DNA of 64,000 nt from assembly GCA_019239825.1 (NCBI GenBank), contig JAFAZK010000156.1, positions 3,080 through 67,079 of the forward strand. Direction: 5' to 3'. The notes beneath the pieces were generated by a model. It was given only the letters and a program-made list of their open reading frames with translations, made no database searches and was not told the DNA's origin. The position numbers and the translations under genes were made by a program. Below are positions 18,637 to 27,022 of the stretch, in pieces. The DNA is from Verrucomicrobiota bacterium (lineage in GTDB: Bacteria > Verrucomicrobiota > Verrucomicrobiia > Chthoniobacterales > JAFAMB01). Position 1 is the first letter of the stretch. Every line of letters starts with the position of its first letter.

Positions 18637-20523
18637 TTAGACCTTCAGCATCCAATTGAAACCGATGATTTGTGTGCATGGGATAAAAAAATAGTCTGGC
18701 GCATAACTCATATTCCGGGAAAGCGCTCCGAATAGCTTTCGTTGCCAAACTGGCATCTCCTTGCCTGTATACTCAACAATCATCTCACGCGGTAACACGA
18801 AAAACGTGTCGTTATTGTCAAGGACACAGCCCATCCTTTTCGAGGCCTCCATGAGAATTTTTGGAGCATCGGGGCCCTGCATGTAACCGTGATAGGAAAT
18901 GACGTGCCAGAGGGAAGGCGCGAGAGGGGCAACTTCCAGACGTTCCTCCATCTTTACGTGGCTCTCGGCGGTTCCGACAAGGCTTAACAGAATTACTTTC
19001 TCACGCAGGCATCCGCTTCGGCGCATCCACTCGAAGCACCGTGCGATGGCATAGCGTGGCTCCGGGTTTGAAGTGATAATGACGCACGTCCCTGGCACCC
19101 GTAGAATGCGAGCCGAGGAAAGCTCTGCCTGGAGCGCCTTCGTTGAGCATGGACTTGATAGCATCTGTGCTCGGATAAGGGCTCTGCCCTTGTGCCACGT
19201 CAGCATAACCGTCATGAGGATGCAGGCGATGGCTATGGGGAACCAGCCGCCCTCAGCAAATTTAACCAGCGACGAGAGAAAGAACGGTAGCTCCAAACAC
19301 AGTAGAACAGTTGTGACACTCCATCCGATCCAGGGTGGATGCCGCCAGACCCGTACTACGACAAGCCCAAAAGCGATTGACGTGATTACCATGGTTCCCG
19401 TCACCGCCAAGCCGTAAGCTGCTGCGAGATTCGCGCTGGAACGGAAGGCGACGACAAGCAAAAGGCAAGCCACTGCGAGATGCCAATTGATAACAGGCAA
19501 ATAGACTTGGCCGTGCTGCTTCCTGCTCGTGTGCTGGACGAGGAACCGGGGAAGCAAGCCCAAATCGCGGGCCTGTGTGGTCAATGAAAAGACACCTGAA
19601 ATCAGGGCCTGGGAAGCGATGATCGTCGCAAGAGTGCCCAGAATGACTAGAAGCAAGGTCGCAATTCCTTGCGGAACCATTCGAAAAAAGAGACTTCCTT
19701 CACGTGCTGTGCCAGGATGGCGGATCGCTATAGCCGCAAGCCCTAGATAATTCAAAATCAGAGACGGCAGAACGATACAGTGCCAAGCCCGAGAGACAGC
19801 ACGGCGTCCAAAGTGTCCCATATCCGCGTACAATGCCTCCACCCCGGTAACAGCCAGTACAACCCCTGCCAGCACAAAGGCCGTTCGTGGTCCTCCATGG
19901 AAAATCGCGCCAAGCGCGCGTCTAGGATCCAACGCGGCAAAGACTTCTGGCGCCTGTAGAATCTGCACCAGGCCGCCGACCCCAAGGGTGATGAACCAGA
20001 AGAGCATAATTCCGCCGAAGAATGCGCCCAAGGGCCCAGTACCGATACGCTGCACGGCAAAAAGTAGGAGAAGAATTACCAACGTAATGGGAAGTACAAA
20101 CGCGGTCAGTTGCGGAGCGAAATCTTTCAAACCTTCGACTGCACTTAGGACAGAGATAGCGGGAGTAATACAACCATCCCCGTAAATAAGTGCGGCGCCG
20201 AACATGAGTAATAGCATAAAAAAAGGCAACCGGAGTCGACGGGACGGAGGGTCTTTGCCTGCGAGAAGGGCTAACAGTGCAAAGATGCCACCTTCCCCCT
20301 TGTAGTCCGCGGACATGACGAGAAGGACATACTTGCACGTAACAATAGCAAGAAGGCTCCATAGAATAAGAGAAGCTGCATCGAGAGCAGCTTCCGGAAC
20401 GGTGTCAGGGGAAGCATTTAGCGCTGCTTGAAAAGCGTAAAGCGGACTAGTGCCTATGTCTCCAAAGACGACGCCAAGAGCCGAAACCACAAGACCCCAG
20501 CGAGGAGAGGCAGAGGTTTTCAT
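18637..20523 (-). CDS. kup: Potassium transporter Kup (KUP/HAK/KT family)
   Basis: N-terminal GVVFGDIGTSPLYAF signature and a polytopic membrane domain plus cytosolic C-terminal domain. 628 aa. Confidence 0.92.
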   Translation of the reverse strand: MKTSASPRWGLVVSALGVVFGDIGTSPLYAFQAALNASPDTVPEAALDAASLILWSLLAIVTCKYVLLVMSADYKGEGGIFALLALLAGKDPPSRRLRLPFFMLLLMFGAALIYGDGCITPAISVLSAVEGLKDFAPQLTAFVLPITLVILLLLFAVQRIGTGPLGAFFGGIMLFWFITLGVGGLVQILQAPEVFAALDPRRALGAIFHGGPRTAFVLAGVVLAVTGVEALYADMGHFGRRAVSRAWHCIVLPSLILNYLGLAAIAIRHPGTAREGSLFFRMVPQGIATLLLVILGTLATIIASQALISGVFSLTTQARDLGLLPRFLVQHTSRKQHGQVYLPVINWHLAVACLLLVVAFRSSANLAAAYGLAVTGTMVITSIAFGLVVVRVWRHPPWIGWSVTTVLLCLELPFFLSSLVKFAEGGWFPIAIACILMTVMLTWHKGRALIRAQMLSSPCSTKALQAELSSARILRVPGTCVIITSNPEPRYAIARCFEWMRRSGCLREKVILLSLVGTAESHVKMEERLEVAPLAPSLWHVISYHGYMQGPDAPKILMEASKRMGCVLDNNDTFFVLPREMIVEYTGKEMPVWQRKLFGALSRNMSYAPDYFFIPCTQIIGFNWMLKV

Positions 20524-20746
20524 CTTGCCTTTGCTATTAACCCGGACGTTGAGTTTCTTTGTTTACCAGCGCAGCGGCGAAGACTCGAGTAAAATGTGTG
20601 ATTCATCCGAAAGCAAAGATTTTACAGAGTAAAGCGGCTGTTGGTTGTAATTGTTTTAACCGTTTTTTCTGAGTATACCGTTACCGGCTCCGCATCTCCT
20701 TGTAACGAGAGCTGCAGGGTGGTCGGCCCTATGACAGTTAGGAGCC

Positions 20747-21139
20747 ATGTTGGAATTCCTAAAGACAAATATTACCAGGGACCAATCCAAGGACACTGGA
20801 ATGGCCATGACGCTCATTTTGTTGCTATTGAACCGCTGGTTCAGGCACGACGCGTGGCTCATGGGAGCTCTCGCAGCACTGGTGATTGCCATGGCAGTAC
20901 CACAGGTCTACCGGCCTTTAGCCGTGGTCTGGTTTGGCCTGTCTCATCTTATCGGGATGTTTATGTCCAGAATCGTTCTCTCCGCTGTCTTCTTTGGCGT
21001 AGTGATGCCCATCGGATTGCTACAAAGGCTTTACGGGAAAGACCCTTTGAATCTGAAGGCATTCAAGGCCGGCAGTACCTCGGTAATGAAAGAGAGAAAT
21101 CATCGCTTTGTGGCAGCAGATCTTGAAAAACCGTATTAA
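20747..21139 (+). CDS. SxtJ-like small membrane protein
   Basis: 130-aa protein with two or three hydrophobic segments, in the conserved position upstream of a DUF5989 peptide and a NodU/CmcH carbamoyltransferase. Confidence 0.6.
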   Translation: MLEFLKTNITRDQSKDTGMAMTLILLLLNRWFRHDAWLMGALAALVIAMAVPQVYRPLAVVWFGLSHLIGMFMSRIVLSAVFFGVVMPIGLLQRLYGKDPLNLKAFKAGSTSVMKERNHRFVAADLEKPY

Positions 21140-21154
21140 GCGAAAGAGCTACCC

Positions 21155-21304
21155 ATGGAATTCCTTAAGGATCTTTGGTGTTTTCTAAAAATCCGAAAGA
21201 AGTTTTGGCTCTTACCGTTAATCTTGGTTCTTCTTTTGTTCGGGGTTCTAACGGTATTTGTCGGCAGCTCGGCGATCGCGCCGTTTATTTATTCGCTGTT
21301 CTAA
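21155..21304 (+). CDS. DUF5989-like small membrane peptide (49 aa, below the ORF-track cutoff)
   Basis: Hand-translated: MEFLKDLWCFLKIRKKFWLLPLILVLLLFGVLTVFVGSSAIAPFIYSLF. It fits my memory of the DUF5989 family, which accompanies these carbamoyltransferases. Confidence 0.65.
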   Translation: MEFLKDLWCFLKIRKKFWLLPLILVLLLFGVLTVFVGSSAIAPFIYSLF

Positions 21305-21330
21305 CATGCATCAAAGTTGGGAGGCCTGGA

Positions 21331-23211
21331 GTGACAGCGACATCGACTGAAACTCGGGAAGCCGTTCTGGGGATCTCAGCCTTCTATCACGACAGCGCTG
21401 CGACCATTTTGGTTGACGGGAGGATCGTGGCCGCGGCCCAAGAAGAGCGGTTTACCAGGAAGAAACACGATTCGTCCTTTCCGATCAACGCGTGCCGATT
21501 CGTGCTCGATGAAGCAGGGATTAAGTTCGAAGATCTCCGCGCGGTCGCGTTCTACGATAAACCTTTTCTGAAGTTCGAACGCCTACTGGAGACCTATCAC
21601 GCCTTCGTTCCCAAAGGCTTTGCGAGCTTTGTTTCGGCCGTGCCTGTCTGGATCAAGGAAAAGCTCTTCATGAAACGCTCGATTTCCGGGTATCTGGCGG
21701 AACTGGGCGGCGGCACGGTGCCCATGTATTTTCCGGAACACCATCTATCCCATGCGGCGAGTGCGTTCTATCCGTCACCCTTTGCAGAAGCTGCTATCGT
21801 TACCATCGATGGTGTCGGCGAATGGGCCACAACGACGACAGGATTCGGTCAGGGGTCGGAGATATCGATTTTGAAGGAGCTGCAATTTCCCCATTCGGTC
21901 GGGTTACTCTATTCGGCATTCACTTACTACACGGGATTCGTCGTCAATAGCGGTGAATACAAACTGATGGGCTTGGCTCCGTATGGCAACCCCTCATCCG
22001 CGCGCACACTGGATTTTCGCGAAAAGATTACCACCGACCTTGTCGATATTCGCGAAGACGGTTCCATCGTGCTCAACATGGATTGGTTCGATTACGCCAC
22101 TGGATTGACGATGGTTAAAGAAGAGAAATGGCAAAAACTCTTCGGAATTCCGCGGCGAAATGCGGAGACAGAAATTACGCAGGCTTACATGGATATGGCG
22201 CTGGCCATCCAACTAGTTACGGAAGAGATCGTACTTAGGCTTGCGCGAACCGCTAAGGAGCTAACTGGAAGCAAAAATCTGGTGTTGGCCGGCGGCGTCG
22301 CGCTTAACTGTGTGGCCAACGGTAAGATTCTTAAGGCCGGGTTTTTCGATGATCTCTGGATCCAACCTGCGGCAGGCGACGCTGGTGGGGCACTGGGAGC
22401 AGCCTACGCTGTCTGGTACATCCGCGATGGCCACCAAAGGCGCATAACCCCGCGCTGCGACGCCATGAGCGGAGCCTACCTCGGGCCTGAGTTCTCCAAT
22501 AAAGATATTCGACGGACTATCGAGAAGTATGGCGCGATTGCCCGCTACGTTGATGACTTCCAGGAATTGGCCGCTGAGGTAGCCGGGAAGCTTGCCGAAG
22601 GCAGCGTGGTGGCCTGGTTTCAAGGTCGAATGGAGTTCGGACCGCGCGCGCTGGGCAATCGCAGTATCCTCGGTGATGCCAGAAACCCAGAAATGCAGAA
22701 AAAGATTAATCTCAAGATTAAGTATCGCGAGGGTTTCAGGCCATTTGCTCCATCCGTGCTGGCAGAGGACCTCGAGGAGCTCTTCGAGTTGGACCGGCAA
22801 TCGCCGTACATGTTATTGGTAACGACAATAAGGGTAGACAAACAAATTCCTGTCCCGGCAGGATTCGAAGAAAAGGGACTTTACGAACGGCTTTATTTCC
22901 CGCGATCTGACCTTCCCGCGATAACTCACATCGACTATTCGGCTCGAATTCAAAGTGTTAGTCGAGAAACCAATCCTCGGTACTGGAGATTAATCCAGGA
23001 ATTCAAGAAGCTCACTGGTTATGGCGTAATTGTGAACACCAGCTTCAATGTACGGGGTGAGCCGATAGTCTGTGGTCCCGAAGATGCGTATCGCTGCTTC
23101 ATGCGCACCGAAATTGATTACCTGGTCCTTGGTGATTATGTCCTGGATAAGAAGGATCAACCTAGAGCGATCGATGGGGAAGAACAGCCGGTACAGTTCC
23201 CGCTCGATTGA
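21331..23211 (+). CDS. Carbamoyltransferase (NodU/CmcH family)
   Basis: VLGISAFYHDSAATILVDGRIVAAAQEERFTRKKHD N-terminus and overall NodU/CmcH length. GTG at 21331 is preceded by GGGAGG (21319-21324). The longer ORF from 21175 overlaps the DUF5989 gene. Confidence 0.9.
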   Translation: MTATSTETREAVLGISAFYHDSAATILVDGRIVAAAQEERFTRKKHDSSFPINACRFVLDEAGIKFEDLRAVAFYDKPFLKFERLLETYHAFVPKGFASFVSAVPVWIKEKLFMKRSISGYLAELGGGTVPMYFPEHHLSHAASAFYPSPFAEAAIVTIDGVGEWATTTTGFGQGSEISILKELQFPHSVGLLYSAFTYYTGFVVNSGEYKLMGLAPYGNPSSARTLDFREKITTDLVDIREDGSIVLNMDWFDYATGLTMVKEEKWQKLFGIPRRNAETEITQAYMDMALAIQLVTEEIVLRLARTAKELTGSKNLVLAGGVALNCVANGKILKAGFFDDLWIQPAAGDAGGALGAAYAVWYIRDGHQRRITPRCDAMSGAYLGPEFSNKDIRRTIEKYGAIARYVDDFQELAAEVAGKLAEGSVVAWFQGRMEFGPRALGNRSILGDARNPEMQKKINLKIKYREGFRPFAPSVLAEDLEELFELDRQSPYMLLVTTIRVDKQIPVPAGFEEKGLYERLYFPRSDLPAITHIDYSARIQSVSRETNPRYWRLIQEFKKLTGYGVIVNTSFNVRGEPIVCGPEDAYRCFMRTEIDYLVLGDYVLDKKDQPRAIDGEEQPVQFPLD

Positions 23212-23244
23212 CGATCTCAAACGCAAACCCGTTCCAACCAACCG

Positions 23245-24501
23245 ATGCCTAAATCCGCTAAGTCAATGTCGGTTCTACGATTGATAGGCATTAACCTGGT
23301 GGTTTTCCTACTACTTTATGCAATCGTCGAGCTGTTATATAGTGGCTATCGCTATCTCACGGGTGGCTCACCAGATTCGTTTTCTGTTTTTGAACATCCG
23401 GGTCAGACAATCAAGTTCGATCCGGTTCGCGGCTATTATCTCACGCGAACACCGTCACGCATAGCTCGGGTAAACTTTGGGAAGATTGAGTACCAAGGGT
23501 CATATCAAGGCAACGCGCAAGGTTTTGCCGATCGCGATGATTTCAATATTAAACGGTCCTCAGCCAACGAACGTCGAATTGCGGTTTTTGGGGACTCGTT
23601 CGCGGCGGCAATTATGGAGCCTCTCAACTCGCCCAACTGGCCGGACCGGGTGGAAGATCTATGCCAGGTGAACGGAAGCAGGCGTCTGGAATTGCTCAAT
23701 TTTTCTTTGGATGGTGCTGGGCTGGCTAATTGGGCGAGCATTCTCCGCAACGTCGTCGTGAAGGATCAATACGATCTTGACGGGCTCCTCTTTGCGGTTG
23801 CTTGGGACGATCTTGATCGAACGTTTGCTTTCTTCGATCAAGTCGATTCGAATAGATTCCTGCACGCCGTAGCGCCCACCTGGGATATCGCTGCCCAGCC
23901 GAAGACTAGGGGTGAGGCGCTCGATCTTTTCGAAAAGGACCCCGATCCCGCACATCGGTATGTGTTATCAACTGAAGAGTACGACGCGTTTTTAACTGGA
24001 AACTGGAAACCCAGACAATGGTCGTTTCGACTTTCCGAGTCAGTCGCAGGAATGCTTCGCGGTGGGCCACCAAGAAGGAATCCCCGCGAAGAGTTCGAGC
24101 CCGGACAGGTCGCGCTTATAGAGCAGATCCAGCAGATTGCTAAAGAGCACTCATGGCCAATCGCGGTAGTCTATGTTCCCAATCGAGAAGAACTGCTTGG
24201 TTCGACGGGAGACCCTAACATCGAAAAATGTAGGAAGTTTTCAGAAACACTGGGCGGCACCTTCTTTGATGGGCGGGAAGCATTCCAAGGACTCAGCCAT
24301 CAGCAGATAAAGGACGACTGGTTCCCGATCGATGCCCATTGGAATCGGGGAGGGTCTGACCAGTTTGCCGGCTTTATGGTCTCCAAGATACAGGGTTGGC
24401 TCGCGGTTTCTCCGGAGAACCGAGCAAACTCTTCAACGAGCGGCGGTGAATGGGGCATAGCCTCTCGATTTGGGGCCCGGAAGATTATGGCACGCCGTTG
24501 A
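23245..24501 (+). CDS. Membrane-anchored SGNH/AlgJ-like hydrolase or O-acyltransferase
   Basis: N-terminal TM segment, a GDS block (IAVFGDSFAAA) and a C-terminal DAHW block (PIDAHWNRGG), as in SGNH/AlgX-AlgJ type proteins. Confidence 0.55.
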   Translation: MPKSAKSMSVLRLIGINLVVFLLLYAIVELLYSGYRYLTGGSPDSFSVFEHPGQTIKFDPVRGYYLTRTPSRIARVNFGKIEYQGSYQGNAQGFADRDDFNIKRSSANERRIAVFGDSFAAAIMEPLNSPNWPDRVEDLCQVNGSRRLELLNFSLDGAGLANWASILRNVVVKDQYDLDGLLFAVAWDDLDRTFAFFDQVDSNRFLHAVAPTWDIAAQPKTRGEALDLFEKDPDPAHRYVLSTEEYDAFLTGNWKPRQWSFRLSESVAGMLRGGPPRRNPREEFEPGQVALIEQIQQIAKEHSWPIAVVYVPNREELLGSTGDPNIEKCRKFSETLGGTFFDGREAFQGLSHQQIKDDWFPIDAHWNRGGSDQFAGFMVSKIQGWLAVSPENRANSSTSGGEWGIASRFGARKIMARR

Positions 24502-24584
24502 ACGGAATGGTTGACGATTTTAATCAGGAACTAGGGCAATTCCCACGTTCAGTTCTATGAACGATCAGCTTCCGCTATGCGACA

Positions 24585-25391
24585 TTACTTTTCGGACGGC
24601 GCGAGCACCACAGCGGCTTCCGTAGTTAGCATCAGGAAGGTGAAGGTCTCCTGAAAGTACAGCCTGACAGCGGTCTCGGAATGGCTCAGGTAACCGATGG
24701 AAATGTCCTGGCCGATGTGTAACGCGAAATCACCGCCGCGAGTGGTAAGTACGAAGCCTCCTTTGATGGCTGGGGCCCAAACAATCTCTCCGTCGACCAG
24801 GGGGCGGATGTGCTTCAAGACCGGATATCCGTCGTCGCTACCTCCGCCAATTGCTGTGTATGGCTCCGAGCCGAGTACGAGAGCATAGGGGCCATTGACA
24901 CCCGCGAGGCGCAATTCGCTCACGGCCTTTGCCACCGTGTCCGGATAACCCTTGATATCGGTGGGGAGGGTTAAAACCGGGTTGCTGGCGCCTTGCTGAA
25001 TACCCTGAATTTGAGCCGGCGCATAACCCTCGAAAACCGCGCCATCTTCCGCGAATGCGATTTTGCGCGCTGCGTCCTTTAATGGTGACCAGTCTGAATC
25101 GTTGGCGCCGCGTTCCACATCGTCAATAGCCGCGCGCGTGAGTTCGAACGGAACGCGGAATTCCACGATTGCCTTTACTTCGCGTTCCGCTGCTTGGATC
25201 CCATCACCCGGCGCCTCGATCTGCCGGAGGTGGCCCGTGCCCACCGCCGGGAAGTCGGAGCCTTTCGGACCCAGCACATCCACGAGGCGTCGTGCCGCCA
25301 AGTGGCGCTTAAGGGTGCGAGAGGCTTCCTCTTCGATTTGTGCCCAGGCCCCGTCCGAGATAGGGGCAAGCTCCCGATGTAGATTATTCAT
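24585..25391 (-). CDS. Family 1 encapsulin nanocompartment shell protein (linocin M18-like)
   Basis: N-terminus MNNLHRELAPISDGAWAQIEEEASRTLK and a 268-aa HK97-fold-type length. Overlaps the DyP gene by 8 nt. Confidence 0.92.
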   Translation of the reverse strand: MNNLHRELAPISDGAWAQIEEEASRTLKRHLAARRLVDVLGPKGSDFPAVGTGHLRQIEAPGDGIQAAEREVKAIVEFRVPFELTRAAIDDVERGANDSDWSPLKDAARKIAFAEDGAVFEGYAPAQIQGIQQGASNPVLTLPTDIKGYPDTVAKAVSELRLAGVNGPYALVLGSEPYTAIGGGSDDGYPVLKHIRPLVDGEIVWAPAIKGGFVLTTRGGDFALHIGQDISIGYLSHSETAVRLYFQETFTFLMLTTEAAVVLAPSEK

Positions 25392-26445
25392 GTCTTTCCT
25401 CTTTCTTCAGCGAGCCAATATTAAGTGAACCATCCGGTCGCGATGGCTGTGATTTGGAGTCGGCCTCACTCCCGTTTTCATTCGAAGTCAGGTTAGCGGT
25501 CCATGGGGCTGCTACGTCGGGCACGATGTTTTCTAAGAACGTTGCCGATGGCACAAAAAAGAGCGTGCCCGTAACCGCGCGGCTGTAGTCCAGGAGCCGG
25601 TCATAGTTCCCCGGCGGTCGACCGACAAACATGTTCACGAGCATCTGCTCGATCGTGCGTGGAGACTTAGCATAGCCGATGAAATAGGTGCCGAATTCTC
25701 CTTTGCCCACTTCGCCGAACGGCATGTTGTCACGCACGATCTCTAGCTCTTTTCCATCTTCCTCAATCGACGTCAACGCATTGTGCGCTGAGCTTGGTTT
25801 CACCGCATCGTCGAGTTCGATATCGGAGAGTTTTTTTCTACCGATAATTCTCTCTTGTTCTTCAACGGGCAGAGCGTTCCACCCCTGGAGGTCGTGAAAG
25901 TACTTCTGCACGATCACGTAGCTCCCACCAGCAAAGGCAGGATCCTCCTCGCCGATAATGGTAGCGTCGATAGCGCCTTCTTCCACCGGGTTCTCCGTCC
26001 CATCAACAAAACCGATCAAGTCGCGGTCATCGAAGTAGTTGAAGCCGTGCACCTCGTCGACCGGGGAGACTGCCCCGCTGAGCCGCGACATAATCTGGGT
26101 CGCCAGTTCGAAGCACAGGTCCATTCGTTTGGAGCGGATATGAAAGAGAATGTCGCCCGGCGTTGCGACGGCGTGGTGCCGGCCACGGATCTCACGGAAC
26201 GGGTGCAATTCTTTCGGCTTCGGTACTCCGAAGACCCGGTCCCATGCATCGGAACCAAACGCCATGACACACGACAGTTGACCTTGGAGGTCCCGGAAGC
26301 CAACGGCGCGGAGAAGAGCTGCCAGATCACCACACAGGGCCCGCACTGCGGTCTCACATTCCGGTCCCGGGTTGATGCTGACGACAAGAAAGATGGCAGC
26401 GCGCGTGAGCCCTGCGACGACGGGTTGTGGAGTAACGGATGGCAT
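25384..26445 (-). CDS. Dyp-type peroxidase, encapsulin cargo
   Basis: GFVDGTENP motif of DyP peroxidases. The C-terminal tail ...SRPDGSLNIGSLKKEERHE resembles the encapsulin cargo-loading peptide. Confidence 0.9.
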   Translation of the reverse strand: MPSVTPQPVVAGLTRAAIFLVVSINPGPECETAVRALCGDLAALLRAVGFRDLQGQLSCVMAFGSDAWDRVFGVPKPKELHPFREIRGRHHAVATPGDILFHIRSKRMDLCFELATQIMSRLSGAVSPVDEVHGFNYFDDRDLIGFVDGTENPVEEGAIDATIIGEEDPAFAGGSYVIVQKYFHDLQGWNALPVEEQERIIGRKKLSDIELDDAVKPSSAHNALTSIEEDGKELEIVRDNMPFGEVGKGEFGTYFIGYAKSPRTIEQMLVNMFVGRPPGNYDRLLDYSRAVTGTLFFVPSATFLENIVPDVAAPWTANLTSNENGSEADSKSQPSRPDGSLNIGSLKKEERHE

Positions 26446-26482
26446 GCGTTTCTCGTTGCTTGATCTACTCAGGTCTCGTTAC

Positions 26483-26677
26483 TCAATCCAGCTCTCGAAA
26501 GGCGTGACCGGTACTTTCGATGTTCCTAACAAGGTCCGCCGGTAAGTCGACGTCGTTCGCGGAGCCGTCGTATAACCATTCGTTGGCATCGGCCAAATCA
26601 GGGAGGCCGGCTCCTTTACGCACGTAGAGACCTATCGACGGCTTTTTTGGATTGATGTAAAGGTCGTATTCCTGCAT
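26483..26677 (-). CDS. Hypothetical small protein (64 aa) upstream of the DyP-encapsulin pair
   Basis: ORF 37 nt upstream of the DyP gene on the same strand. Acidic, no recognisable family. Confidence 0.45.
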   Translation of the reverse strand: MQEYDLYINPKKPSIGLYVRKGAGLPDLADANEWLYDGSANDVDLPADLVRNIESTGHAFRELD

Positions 26678-27022
26678 TGAGGTGTCTCGTTTTCAAGCTT
26701 CGACATCAGACGCTATTGCCGAAACGAACTTTTCGAGGAGGTGACACCCGCCATGATCTTCCAGGGAGCTGGTTGTCGCCAGCGGCAAAGCAACTTTTTT
26801 TTTGGGTGACCTAGAGTCTTGATCCTCGAAGGCAGCGAACCCTCTGAACGCGGGCATGGACAGATGCGTCGGCGCCTGCTGGACGACGTCACACCGCATG
26901 GGCGGGAAAACCACCGCAGATGAACGCGGATTTAAAAAGGGGCTTGCTGCGGATCAGACCAAACCTCGCTCATGCGAAAGGAACCCATTCGACGCGCCTT
27001 CAGCTTGCTCAGGGCGAGCCTT

